From contig NC_010163.1 of NCBI RefSeq assembly GCF_000018785.1, positions 660,001 to 692,000 of the forward strand: a stretch of DNA of 32,000 nucleotides. Direction: 5' to 3'. Position 1 is the stretch's first letter. Every line of letters begins with the position of its first letter. This DNA is from Acholeplasma laidlawii PG-8A (GTDB lineage Bacteria > Bacillota_I > Bacilli_A > Acholeplasmatales > Acholeplasmataceae). This document shows, piece by piece, positions 17,459 through 27,375 of the stretch. Under the pieces are notes generated by a model that was given only the letters and a program-made list of their open reading frames with translations, was not told the origin of the DNA and made no database searches. The translations under genes and the position numbers were made by a program.

Positions 17459-18136
17459 ATGGATTTTTCATTCTTACTAGATTTATTCTATGTAAAAACA
17501 TTGCTACAAGGTGTGCTAATCACAATAGTTCTTGCACTCATTGCAGTCTTAATGGGTACCCTCATTGCAGTGATACCAACCTATTTTAGATTATCAAAAC
17601 ACAAAATACTAAACTTTATTGGTGGAAGTTATGTGGAAATTATTCGTGGAACACCATTACTTGTTCAAGTGATGCTTATCTATGCAATTGTTAAACTACC
17701 AGTAATGACCGTATTAGGCATGGATTTTGGTGCATTTTTACTAGGGATGGTAGCACTTATTATTAATAGTAGTGCTTATGCATCTGAAACTTTTAGAGCG
17801 GGTATATTATCTATTGAAAAGGGTCAAAAAGAAGCTGGGCTTAGCTTAGGTATGACAGAAAAAAGCACCATGCTTCACATCATTATGCCTCAAGCTATAA
17901 AAAATATTATGCCATCTTTAGGTAATGAATTTGTAACGTTGATTAAAGAAACATCCATATTTATGTATTTAGGTATTTCTGAACTTATGTATAGTGCACA
18001 AATTGTTAAAACATCAACTTATAGAACTAAAGAAGTGTATATTGTTACAGCATTACTTTACTTTGTTTTGACATTTACTACATCTAAACTCATGTCAAAA
18101 TTAGAAAAAAGGATGAGAAAACAAGATGAAAAATAA
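17459..18136 (+). CDS. Polar amino-acid ABC transporter permease (His/Glu/Gln/Arg/opine type)
   Basis: YVEIIRGTPLLVQ, SSAYASETFRAGILSIEKGQKEAGLSLGM, ITLIKETSIFMYLG. Confidence 0.93.
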   Translation: MDFSFLLDLFYVKTLLQGVLITIVLALIAVLMGTLIAVIPTYFRLSKHKILNFIGGSYVEIIRGTPLLVQVMLIYAIVKLPVMTVLGMDFGAFLLGMVALIINSSAYASETFRAGILSIEKGQKEAGLSLGMTEKSTMLHIIMPQAIKNIMPSLGNEFVTLIKETSIFMYLGISELMYSAQIVKTSTYRTKEVYIVTALLYFVLTFTTSKLMSKLEKRMRKQDEK

Positions 18137-18875
18137 ACTATTTGAAATTAAAAACCTAAATAAAAAATTCAATGATGGTACACTTGCATTAAATCAAGTG
18201 AACTTAGATATTTATGAAGGTATTACAATCATTATTGGTCCATCTGGTAGTGGTAAGTCCACTTTACTTAGAACTTTGAATTTGATGGAAACACCAACTT
18301 CAGGTGAAATTAATTATAAAAATAAAAATATACTCAGTAAACATTTTAATATCAATGAACATCGTAAAGAAGTGGGTATGGTGTTTCAATCGTTTAACTT
18401 GTTTCCACATTTAACAGTTTTAGAAAACTTAAATATTGCTCAAAAAAATGTACTTAAACTTGATAAGGTAACTGCAACCAATAAATCTATATTTTATCTC
18501 GAAAAAGTGGGTTTACTAGATAAGAAAGATCAATATCCTGGAAAGTTAAGTGGTGGTCAAAAACAAAGAATTGCTATAGCAAGATCTCTTTGTATGGAAC
18601 CCAAAGTCATTTTATTTGATGAACCAACATCAGCGCTTGATCCAGAAATGATTGGAGAAGTGTTACTAACGATGAAAATTTTAGTGAAACTAGGTATGCA
18701 CATGGTTATTGTTACACATGAAATGGGCTTTGCTGAAAGTATTGCAGACCAAGTAGTATTTATGGATCAGGGTGAAATTATTGAAGTAGGTACGCCAAAT
18801 GATATCTTTACTAATTCCAGTAAAAAACGTGTTATTGAATTTTTAGATAAACTAACCTTTAAAGACAATATCTAA
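18126..18875 (+). CDS. Polar amino-acid ABC transporter ATP-binding protein
   Basis: Walker A GPSGSGKST, LSGGQKQRIAIARSL, Walker B VILFDEPTSALDPEM. Confidence 0.95.
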   Translation: MKNKLFEIKNLNKKFNDGTLALNQVNLDIYEGITIIIGPSGSGKSTLLRTLNLMETPTSGEINYKNKNILSKHFNINEHRKEVGMVFQSFNLFPHLTVLENLNIAQKNVLKLDKVTATNKSIFYLEKVGLLDKKDQYPGKLSGGQKQRIAIARSLCMEPKVILFDEPTSALDPEMIGEVLLTMKILVKLGMHMVIVTHEMGFAESIADQVVFMDQGEIIEVGTPNDIFTNSSKKRVIEFLDKLTFKDNI

Positions 18876-18969
18876 TTTAAGTAAAAAATACACAATTTAA
18901 ATTCTAATTATAGGTTTACTTGTAATAATATTTACTTTTCGTATAATTGTATTGAAGAGGAAGTATACA

Positions 18970-19611
18970 ATGGAAAAACACATAAAAACACTATTAAGTG
19001 CCATGATGGCTGGTGCACTCATTGCCATAGCAGGTACAACTTATTTATATTTAAAAGCAGACCATACAATCATCGGTGCATTCTTATTTGCATTTGGATT
19101 ACTCTGTGTCGTTACACTAGATTACAAGTTATATACAGGTCGTATTGGTTATATTATCGATAAGGAAAAATCTTATATCATCGAGATATTATGGATTATA
19201 CTTGGTAATCTATTAGGTTCAATCTTAATAGCAAGTATTATTTACTTAGCTAATTATGAAGTCATTATTCAAACAGCTAAAACACTCGTTGAAACTAAGT
19301 TATCTAGAAATATATTGGAGATATTTGGTCTATCTATAATGTGCGGTATGATGATGTACTTAGGTGTTGATGGTTATAAGCGCATCGAAAATCACGTTGC
19401 TAAAGTCGTAGTTAACATCTTTGCAGTAGCAATATTTGTGATTTTAGGATTTGAACACTCAATCGCAAACATTTATTACTTTTTACTAGCTAATGAATAT
19501 AGTTGGTATATGCTCTTTGCATTTGTAGTGATGCTTATAGGTAATGGTGTTGGTGCAGTTATTTTAAATAGTATAGAAAAATTTGGATCACTAAAGAAGC
19601 CTAATCAATAG
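18970..19611 (+). CDS. Formate/nitrite transporter (FNT) family channel
   Basis: Six TM; VVNIFAVAIFVILGFEHSIANIYYF and LIGNGVGAVI motifs. GAGGAAG RBS supports start at 18970 (M7 of the track ORF). Confidence 0.82.
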   Translation: MEKHIKTLLSAMMAGALIAIAGTTYLYLKADHTIIGAFLFAFGLLCVVTLDYKLYTGRIGYIIDKEKSYIIEILWIILGNLLGSILIASIIYLANYEVIIQTAKTLVETKLSRNILEIFGLSIMCGMMMYLGVDGYKRIENHVAKVVVNIFAVAIFVILGFEHSIANIYYFLLANEYSWYMLFAFVVMLIGNGVGAVILNSIEKFGSLKKPNQ

Positions 19612-19628
19612 ATTAAGCTTCTTTTTTT
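19594..19628 (+). terminator. Terminator overlapping the 3' end of the FNT gene
   Basis: AAGAAGCCTAATC-aata-GATTAAGCTTCTTTTTTT. Confidence 0.75.
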
Positions 19629-19654
19629 GGTAAAATATCACTATAGAAGGTGAT

Positions 19655-20476
19655 ATGATGAAAAATGGTGTTGTAGTAATTACAGGTGCTAGCTCTGGTA
19701 TAGGGAAAAGCACTGCTGAGTATTTAAGTAAAAAAGGATTTACAGTATATGCACTAGCAAGACGTATGGACAAGTTAGAGGATCTTATACCGCTAGGTAT
19801 TAAACCTCTATTTTTAGATGTTACAAATGAGACGTCAATTAAGGTAGCTATTGAAGAAATATATGAAGCTGAAGGCAGAATTGATGTTTTATTTAATAAT
19901 GCTGGATACGGCTTATATGGACCGATTGAAGATGTAGACTTAAAAGATGCAAGAGATCAATTTGAAGTCAATTTATTTGGTCTAGCTAATATGATCAAAC
20001 ACGTATTACCCATCATGAGAAAACAAGGTAGTGGGAAAATAATTAATACATCCAGTATCGGTGGTAAAGTGGCTTCACTACTTGGTGGGTGGTATCATGC
20101 TTCTAAGTTTGCATTAGAAGGCTTTTCTGATAGTTTAAGAATTGAATTAAAGCAGTTTGGTATCCAGGTTGTCTTAATACAACCAGGACTTATTAAAACA
20201 GAATTTATGCAAAGAACTTATGACTATGCAAGTAAAATTGATACAACCTCACCTTATCAAAACACCATTGCTCATGTCATGAAATCAGCCGAAAGAGACT
20301 ACTTAACAGGTAAGGTGGGTTCTAATCCACTTGTTGTAGCTAAAGTCGTCTACAAGGCGATTAGAGCCAAAAGACCTAAGACTAGATACCGTATGGGAAC
20401 ACTAAGCTTTATCGCATTAACAGCAAGAAAGATATTGCCTGATAAATGGTTAGATTATATCTTATTAAAAAGATAG
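19655..20476 (+). CDS. Short-chain dehydrogenase/reductase
   Basis: [29 protein letters not shown] (YxxxK). Confidence 0.92.
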   Translation: MMKNGVVVITGASSGIGKSTAEYLSKKGFTVYALARRMDKLEDLIPLGIKPLFLDVTNETSIKVAIEEIYEAEGRIDVLFNNAGYGLYGPIEDVDLKDARDQFEVNLFGLANMIKHVLPIMRKQGSGKIINTSSIGGKVASLLGGWYHASKFALEGFSDSLRIELKQFGIQVVLIQPGLIKTEFMQRTYDYASKIDTTSPYQNTIAHVMKSAERDYLTGKVGSNPLVVAKVVYKAIRAKRPKTRYRMGTLSFIALTARKILPDKWLDYILLKR

Positions 20477-20486
20477 GAGATATGAA

Positions 20487-20900
20487 ATGAAAAAGTTAAC
20501 GCCAATACAAAAAAAAGTAGCACTGGAAAATGGTACAGAACCACCATTTGATAATGCATACTGGAATAATTTTGATGAAGGTATTTATGTAGATGTCATG
20601 GACGGTACACCACTTTTTACATCACTTGATAAATTTGATGCAATGTGTGGTTGGCCATCATTTACTAAACCAATTGATAATAAAATAGTGATTGAAAAAA
20701 TAGATATGTCTTACGGTATGTTTAGAACGGAAGTAAGAACTAAAAATTCCAATATACATTTAGGTCATGTCTTTGATGATGGACCAGAAGATGAAGGTGG
20801 TCTAAGATATTGTATGAACTCAGCAAGTATGAGATTTATTCCTTTAGAAGACTTAGAAAAAGAAGGATATGGACAGTATAAATCACTGTTTGACAAATAA
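20487..20900 (+). CDS. msrB: Peptide-methionine (R)-S-oxide reductase MsrB
   Basis: [45 protein letters not shown]. Confidence 0.92.
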   Translation: MKKLTPIQKKVALENGTEPPFDNAYWNNFDEGIYVDVMDGTPLFTSLDKFDAMCGWPSFTKPIDNKIVIEKIDMSYGMFRTEVRTKNSNIHLGHVFDDGPEDEGGLRYCMNSASMRFIPLEDLEKEGYGQYKSLFDK

Positions 20901-20906
20901 TGAAAT

Positions 20907-20941
20907 AAAAGGTGATGCATTTTATTAATGCATCACCTTTT
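20907..20941. terminator. Bidirectional terminator between msrB and malQ
   Basis: AAAAGGTGATGCAT-TTTATTA-ATGCATCACCTTTT, near-perfect long stem. Confidence 0.9.
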
Positions 20942-20943
20942 CG

Positions 20944-22428
20944 TTACTTAGATTTATGAAATGGATTTGTACGTCCGTATAATTTAGTAAAACGTTTAAT
21001 TTTTATACGCGTCATACGATCAATTTGACCTGCTTTTAGGCGCCATACCCAGTTACCACCTAAAGTGGATGGGATATTGAATCTAGCTTCACTACCAAGA
21101 TTTAAATAGTCTTGCATCGGGATGATTGCAGTATCTGCAACTGTTGCAAGTGTTGCTTTGATGAGTGAATCTGTTTTAGATCCTTTAACGTGATTAATAT
21201 ATTCTAATGCATATTTTAAATCGCTTGATTTTAGATTCTTAAACCATTGAGTAGTAGTTTCGTTGTCATGAGTACCTGTATATGCAACAACATTATTGTG
21301 ATAAAGGTGTGGAATATAATCTGATTCTTCTCTAGAATCAAAAGCAAACTGAAGTAATTTCATACCAGGAAAACCCGTATGTTTAAGCAGTGCTCTTACC
21401 TTATCAGTAATCATACCTAAATCTTCAGCAATGATTTGTCTATCGCCTAGTTGACGTTTGATAGATTCAAACAATTTATAACTAGGACCTTCAAACCATT
21501 TACCACGCTCAGCGGTTGTATCACCATATGGAATACCAAAGTAATGAACAAACCCGATAAAGTGATCAATTCTTAAAACGTCAAACATGGAAGTGTTGGA
21601 TTTAACACGGTCAATCCACCAAGCAAAATCTTCGCCTTCTAAAATATCCCAACGATATAATGGATTACCCCATAATTGGCCAGTTGGACTGAAATTATCA
21701 CCAGGTACACCCGCTACAAGTGTAGGTAGTTTATTCTCATCTAATTGGAAGTATTGAGGTTTAGTCCATACATCAGAAGAGTCATAGGATACATAAATTG
21801 GCATATCACCAATAATTTGAATACCTTTTTCATTCGCATAATGTTTTAAATTGTACCATTGTTTATAAGCTTCATATTGTAAGAATGAGTGGAAATTAAT
21901 AGCATCTTTAAAATCGTGTCTTGCTTGATTTATTGCATGTTCTTCACGTTTTCTTAAAGCCTCTGGCCACTCTGCCCAGCTTACACTATGTTGACTTTCT
22001 TTAATGGCCATAAAGAGCGCATAATCATTTAACCAGTAACCTTCATTTCTTAAAAACTCTTGGAAATATGTACTATTTAAGTCGAAACGGTCAAAAGCAA
22101 TTCTTAATACTTTAAAACGTTCATGATATAAGCGTTCATAGTCAACTTCGGCTTCTAAAGATTGAGAATCTAAGATTTCGGATTTTTTTAATAGTTTATC
22201 TTTCACTAAAAAATCTAGGTCTATAAAGTATGGGTTCATAGCAAACGCACTAAACGTTTGGTATGGTGAATCACCATAGGAAGTAGGTCCTAACGGAAGT
22301 ATTTGCCAGTAGGACTGTTCAGTAGATTCTAAAAAATCTACAAAATTATAAGCCTCTTTACCGAAAGTACCGATACCGTAGTTGGATGGTAATGATGATA
22401 TGTGTAATAAAATACCAGCTTTTCTCAT
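20944..22428 (-). CDS. malQ: 4-alpha-glucanotransferase (GH77)
   Basis: RKAGILLHISSLPSNYGIGTFG, QILPLGPTSYGDSPYQTFSAFA, FDVLRIDHFIGF, GDRQIIAEDLG, YTGTHDNETT. Confidence 0.95.
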   Translation of the reverse strand: MRKAGILLHISSLPSNYGIGTFGKEAYNFVDFLESTEQSYWQILPLGPTSYGDSPYQTFSAFAMNPYFIDLDFLVKDKLLKKSEILDSQSLEAEVDYERLYHERFKVLRIAFDRFDLNSTYFQEFLRNEGYWLNDYALFMAIKESQHSVSWAEWPEALRKREEHAINQARHDFKDAINFHSFLQYEAYKQWYNLKHYANEKGIQIIGDMPIYVSYDSSDVWTKPQYFQLDENKLPTLVAGVPGDNFSPTGQLWGNPLYRWDILEGEDFAWWIDRVKSNTSMFDVLRIDHFIGFVHYFGIPYGDTTAERGKWFEGPSYKLFESIKRQLGDRQIIAEDLGMITDKVRALLKHTGFPGMKLLQFAFDSREESDYIPHLYHNNVVAYTGTHDNETTTQWFKNLKSSDLKYALEYINHVKGSKTDSLIKATLATVADTAIIPMQDYLNLGSEARFNIPSTLGGNWVWRLKAGQIDRMTRIKIKRFTKLYGRTNPFHKSK

Positions 22429-22430
22429 AT

Positions 22431-24137
22431 TTACTCCTTTATCCTGTATGAGATTGTTTCATAAGGTCTTAATTTTAGATTGTTATTTTCATAAGATATA
22501 TCTTCATAGTTGTGAATTAATATATCACCAACAGGATAATTAGTTATATCCATGATTGTTTCAGATGTACTAAATGAACCGATAACGATGATTGTTTCCT
22601 CTTGATACTTTCTTAAGTAAACAAATAGATTTGGATCATCTTTAAGTATCATTTCATATGTACCGTTAATAAGTGTTTTTGAGTATTTAGAGAATCTTCT
22701 TAAACTGAATAGTTTTTGATAGTGACTCCAAATAGAAGTAGGATCATTCACTTGATCAAAGACATTAATTTCAGTGTAATTTGGATTGACATGAAACCAA
22801 GGTTTGACTGTTGAAAATCCTGCATACTCTGTATGCTGCCATTGCATCATGGTACGAGGGTGGTCTCTTGAAGTCATGAGTGCCTTTTCAATGATTTGAT
22901 GAGCACGTTCTGGTTCCATAGCTATTTGGTTTTTTACACTGTTTAAGGTTGAAATGTCATTAATTTCTGATAAGTCCTTAAATGGATAATTGGTCATACC
23001 AATTTCTTCACCTTGATAAATAAATGGCGTACCTCTTGATAAGTACATAATACTTGCAAGCATTTTAGCAGACTCATTATGATAATCTACATGGCCATAA
23101 TGGGAGACAACACGTGGTTGGTCATGGTTTAACCAATTTAGTGGTAGCCAACCAATGTCTTTGAAGGTTTCTTGCCATTTATTAAGTGTTTCTTTAAGGG
23201 GTATGACATTGACCTTGATGTCTTTTAAATCGGTGATATCCCATATATTGTTGTGCCAATTGTGGTCGAAGTTAAATACCATAGATACTTCATTTGAATT
23301 AAATGATGCATACTTAATTGCTTCATCTATACTTGCTTGGCCACCAACTTCACCAATTGTAAAAGCATCGTAAGGTTTAAATAAACCTTCATGAAGTTGA
23401 TTTAAGTATTTGTGGTTATCAGGTAAATTAGAGAATTTAAACCAGTCAAGGACAGTATCTTTAGCAAATGTAGAATCAACAAAATCTTCACGAGCAAGAT
23501 GTGATACTGCATCTAATCTAAAACCATCTATTCCTAAGTCTAACCACCATTTACCAACTTCAATCATACTTTGAGCAACATTTGGATTCTTCCAGTTTAA
23601 ATCTGGCATCTTATCAGAAAATATTTTCATGTAGTACTCATTAGTGGTTTCATCATACTTCCATGCAGAGCCACCAAAGAAGGAACCCCAATTGGTTGGA
23701 GGTAATATTTTTCCATCCACCACTTTAGGTTTTTGCCAAATGTAGTAATCTCTATATGGGTTATCTAGTGACTTTTTAGATTCCATAAACCATGCATGTT
23801 CATCAGATGTATGATTTAAGACGAAGTCTAAGATAACTTTAATACCTAGATTTTTAGCCTTTTTTAGTAATGCTTTAAAATCTTCTAGAGAACCGTATTC
23901 TTTAGATACTTTAAAGTAGTCTCTAACGTCATAACCATTATCATCCATTGGCGAATCATAAAATGGTGTAATCCAAACTAAATTTACACCAAGTAAATGT
24001 AGATAATCTAACTTTTCTGTAATACCGTTTAAATCACCAATACCATCATGATTGCTGTCTTTAAAACTTTTTATATATATTTGGTAGCCTACGGCTTCCA
24101 TCCACCATTTATTCATAAAATAAACCGTCCTTAACAT
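22431..24137 (-). CDS. GH13 alpha-glucosidase (oligo-1,6-glucosidase-like)
   Basis: YQIYIKSFKDSNHDGIGDLNGI, DFVLNHTSDEH, GFRLDAVSHL, EVGG, WLNHDQPR. The true start may be M8 (24116) or M12. Confidence 0.9.
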   Translation of the reverse strand: MLRTVYFMNKWWMEAVGYQIYIKSFKDSNHDGIGDLNGITEKLDYLHLLGVNLVWITPFYDSPMDDNGYDVRDYFKVSKEYGSLEDFKALLKKAKNLGIKVILDFVLNHTSDEHAWFMESKKSLDNPYRDYYIWQKPKVVDGKILPPTNWGSFFGGSAWKYDETTNEYYMKIFSDKMPDLNWKNPNVAQSMIEVGKWWLDLGIDGFRLDAVSHLAREDFVDSTFAKDTVLDWFKFSNLPDNHKYLNQLHEGLFKPYDAFTIGEVGGQASIDEAIKYASFNSNEVSMVFNFDHNWHNNIWDITDLKDIKVNVIPLKETLNKWQETFKDIGWLPLNWLNHDQPRVVSHYGHVDYHNESAKMLASIMYLSRGTPFIYQGEEIGMTNYPFKDLSEINDISTLNSVKNQIAMEPERAHQIIEKALMTSRDHPRTMMQWQHTEYAGFSTVKPWFHVNPNYTEINVFDQVNDPTSIWSHYQKLFSLRRFSKYSKTLINGTYEMILKDDPNLFVYLRKYQEETIIVIGSFSTSETIMDITNYPVGDILIHNYEDISYENNNLKLRPYETISYRIKE

Positions 24138-24172
24138 TATTATTTTACCAAAATAACTTCTATACTAAAACA

Positions 24173-24186
24173 TGATAGCGGTTACA
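24173..24186. promoter_or_regulatory. cre-like / LacI-family operator in the divergent GH13 intergenic region
   Basis: Minus strand TGTAACCGCTATCA matches the cre consensus TGWAANCGNTNWCA at every position. Confidence 0.75.
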
Positions 24187-24189
24187 TAT

Positions 24190-24218
24190 TTATCAATCAA
24201 ATGACTAAATGATATAAT
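24190..24218 (+). promoter_or_regulatory. Putative promoter of the + strand GH13 gene
   Basis: TTATCA (24190-24195), 17-nt spacer, TATAAT (24213-24218). Confidence 0.4.
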
Positions 24219-24240
24219 GAAATTCAAGGAGTGATATACC

Positions 24241-26043
24241 ATGAATAAACACGCATTATTTCATCAAGCAAAAAGTGAATACAGTTATGCTTATGATGAT
24301 AAAAAACTTCATATATTATTTAGAACCATGAAAGATGATGTCCAATCTGTAAAACTGTCATATGGTGATCCATTTGATTGGACTTATAAAAATAGAAAAG
24401 CTCGTTGGGAGAGCCAATTAGTCGAGATGACTAAAAGATATTCTACCCATCTTTTTGATTATTACTTCATTGAGGTTGAACCAAAGGATTATCGCTGCAA
24501 GTATGCTTTTTTAATCGAAGCAGATGATAAACATTATTTTTATGGTTCAAAGCGTATGGAAGAACTAGAAGGTCTACCACCTACGGATTTTGATGAAGGT
24601 AGTTTTTATGATTTAAGTAATTATTTTAACTATCCATATTTAAACTATGAAGATCAAGCCAATACACCAAAATGGGTAAAAGATACTGTATGGTATCAAA
24701 TATTTATGGATAGATTTTATAGTCATAGTAAGAAATCTAATTTACCCTGGGCAAAACTTCCTGTAAATAACCATGAATTCTATGGCGGTGATATTAAAGG
24801 TGTTATAGACAAACTACCATATTTAAAGGATTTAGGTATATCTGGTATATATTTTACTCCGATTTTTGAATCTCGTACAGCACATAAATATGATACTAAA
24901 GATTATTTTAAAATTGATCCACAATTTGGGACAAATGAAGACTTTAGATTATTAGTCCAAGAAGCGCATAAATTAGGCATTAAAGTAGTGCTTGATGCTG
25001 TCTTAAACCACTGTGGTTGGGATCATCCGTTCTTTCAAGATGTTGTAAAATATGGTAGAAACTCTAAATATGCGGATTGTTTCTTTTTAGATAAAGATCC
25101 AATTCTAAATTTTGAACTTACTGAAGATGGTAGTCCTAAAGGACACGGTAATTTAAGACCAAATTTTAGAACGTTTGCTTATACACCATTTATGCCAAAA
25201 TGGAATACAGGTAATGAGTTAGCTCAGAAACATTTACTTGATTCAATTGAGTTTTGGATTAAAGAATTTGACATTGATGGCTGGAGACTGGATGTGTCTA
25301 ACGAAGTTAGTCATGACTTCTTAAGAAAAGTTAAACAGGTATCCAGAGCTGCTAAAGCAGATACATTCATATTTGGTGAAAACTGGGATTCTTCGATGCC
25401 TTGGTTAAGAGGGGATCAAATGGATGCTGTAATGAACTATGATTTATCCATACCAATGTGGCAATATTTTGATGGAAAAATTGATTCGGAAGAGTTTAAA
25501 AATGAATTAACTCAATATACCGCATTGACTCCAAAACATGTTATGAAAAATATGTTTAATCAATTAGATACACATGATACAATCCGCATGAAAAGACGTT
25601 TGAAAGATAATGATGAACGCTTAAAGATTGCATACATTCTAATGTTTGCCAGTGCCGGTGCACCAAATATCTATTATGGTAGTGAGGTTGGCTTAACTGG
25701 TGAACACGATCCGGATAATAGACGCTGTTTTAATTGGGATGAGTCTACTTGGAATCATAGTTTACATCAATTGATTAAAGACTTAATACAATTAAGAAAA
25801 CAACATCCTGCATTTATGGAAAGTGATTATCAGTTTATTGATAAATCATCCATTTCATTTGTGAAACATCATAAAAATGAAAGTTTACTATTTCTAATTA
25901 ATGATTCCGAAAAATCAGTTAAACTAAACATAGATCCGGCATATCAATTACAATATACGGATGTATTTAGTAAAAAAGCTGTAAATGTACATGCAGAAGT
26001 TGAACTTCCAGCATATGGTTATAAAATACTTAAATTCATTTAA
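24241..26043 (+). CDS. GH13 neopullulanase/cyclomaltodextrinase-like enzyme with N-terminal CBM34-like region
   Basis: About 130-aa N-terminal beta-rich domain, then WYQIFMDRFY, DAVLNHCGWDH, GWRLDVSNEV, GENWD, LDTHDTIR. Confidence 0.9.
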   Translation: MNKHALFHQAKSEYSYAYDDKKLHILFRTMKDDVQSVKLSYGDPFDWTYKNRKARWESQLVEMTKRYSTHLFDYYFIEVEPKDYRCKYAFLIEADDKHYFYGSKRMEELEGLPPTDFDEGSFYDLSNYFNYPYLNYEDQANTPKWVKDTVWYQIFMDRFYSHSKKSNLPWAKLPVNNHEFYGGDIKGVIDKLPYLKDLGISGIYFTPIFESRTAHKYDTKDYFKIDPQFGTNEDFRLLVQEAHKLGIKVVLDAVLNHCGWDHPFFQDVVKYGRNSKYADCFFLDKDPILNFELTEDGSPKGHGNLRPNFRTFAYTPFMPKWNTGNELAQKHLLDSIEFWIKEFDIDGWRLDVSNEVSHDFLRKVKQVSRAAKADTFIFGENWDSSMPWLRGDQMDAVMNYDLSIPMWQYFDGKIDSEEFKNELTQYTALTPKHVMKNMFNQLDTHDTIRMKRRLKDNDERLKIAYILMFASAGAPNIYYGSEVGLTGEHDPDNRRCFNWDESTWNHSLHQLIKDLIQLRKQHPAFMESDYQFIDKSSISFVKHHKNESLLFLINDSEKSVKLNIDPAYQLQYTDVFSKKAVNVHAEVELPAYGYKILKFI

Positions 26044-26048
26044 ACGTT

Positions 26049-26085
26049 AAGGTCCCTAAAGAAGAAATCTTTAAGGACCTTTTTT
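26049..26085 (+). terminator. Rho-independent terminator (convergent genes)
   Basis: AAGGTCCCTAAAGA-agaaa-TCTTTAAGGACCTTTTTT. Confidence 0.9.
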
Positions 26086-26090
26086 AGGTG

Positions 26091-27368
26091 TTATTTTAAA
26101 TGAAATATAATAGGTTCGTTACGAAGTGGTAATGAGCCATTTTTAACTTCATGAAGTTTGTTAGTAAGTATATTTAGATATTTACCGTCAGTTAGATCCA
26201 CTTTGATACTTGATAGATTTTCAAGATTAAATATACCAATAAGTTTTTCGTTACCTAAATGATATTCTAAATGAGCAATACTATCAGTGTTCACAAAGTG
26301 ATAAGTACCTTTACTCATGATATCTAATTTTTTAATAGAGGATAGTTTTGTGATAAGGTCTTCAATACTTTCATCTTTATTCCAAGGTACTAAATCCATT
26401 TCAAATAAATCAGGTCTCTTTGTGACTTGATGTTCTTGACCAGCATAGATCATTGGCATACCTTTTAAGAAAAATTGTAGTGCTGTCATTTGAATGAGTT
26501 TGGTTTTGTTACCAACCTTATGAGCAATTCTATCTTGGTCATGGTTTTCAAATGATCTAAGTTTGACGAAATTCTTCGGATAAGTTGCTTCTTGACGCCA
26601 CAATTCAAACAAATAACGTTTTAGAGTGTCTTTTCCATTTAAGTAGTCGTCCATAAAGTCAAAGACATCATAATCATAAGCGACATCAAATACTTCATAC
26701 ATTTGAGAATCTGAAAATGCATCATAACCCATATCACGAATATATTTGATAAAGCCTAAATGAACTGATTCAGTTAGCCAAATCATATTTGGGTTTACTT
26801 GCTCAACTTTAACTCTAGCTTCCTTCCAAAAATCAAGAGGAAGAAGTGGTGCTACGTCACATCTAAAACCATCAACAAATTGTGCCCAATATTTTAATAC
26901 GTCGATAAGGTAATCCCATATAGCTCTGTGAGATAGAAAGTCAAAATCAGTTATATCTGACCAATCCCCTACTCTATTAGCAAATGAACCATCTGGTTTC
27001 TTATAAAACCATTCAGGATGTTTTTGAGTTAATATGGAGTCTCTAGAAGTATGGTTAAATACAATATCTATCATGATTTTCATGTCTCTTTGATGGATTT
27101 CTTTAACTAATGCTTTAAAATCCTCTAGTGTGCCATATAATGGGTCGATTGCATAGTAATCATAAATAGCATAAGGACTTCCAATAGACCCTTTTCTATC
27201 TTTTTCTCCAATTGGATGAAACGGTAGGAGGTAGACAATGTCTACCCCTAACGATTTAATTCTGTCTAAGTCTTCAATAATACCTTTAAAATCACTTGTT
27301 TTGGAGTGTTGTCTTGTAAATATTTGATAGACAACTTTGTTTTTTAGTTCATGAGAAGTTTGTTTTGC
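26091..27368 (-). CDS. GH13 alpha-amylase family glycosidase (compact)
   Basis: VVYQIFTRQHS, DIVFNHTSRDS, GFRCDVAPLLP, ESVHLGF, FENHDQDR. Track ORF starts at 27392; AAAGGATAATAATATG supports M9 at 27368. Confidence 0.88.
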   Translation of the reverse strand, partial: AKQTSHELKNKVVYQIFTRQHSKTSDFKGIIEDLDRIKSLGVDIVYLLPFHPIGEKDRKGSIGSPYAIYDYYAIDPLYGTLEDFKALVKEIHQRDMKIMIDIVFNHTSRDSILTQKHPEWFYKKPDGSFANRVGDWSDITDFDFLSHRAIWDYLIDVLKYWAQFVDGFRCDVAPLLPLDFWKEARVKVEQVNPNMIWLTESVHLGFIKYIRDMGYDAFSDSQMYEVFDVAYDYDVFDFMDDYLNGKDTLKRYLFELWRQEATYPKNFVKLRSFENHDQDRIAHKVGNKTKLIQMTALQFFLKGMPMIYAGQEHQVTKRPDLFEMDLVPWNKDESIEDLITKLSSIKKLDIMSKGTYHFVNTDSIAHLEYHLGNEKLIGIFNLENLSSIKVDLTDGKYLNILTNKLHEVKNGSLPLRNEPIIFHLK

Positions 27369-27375
27369 CATATTA

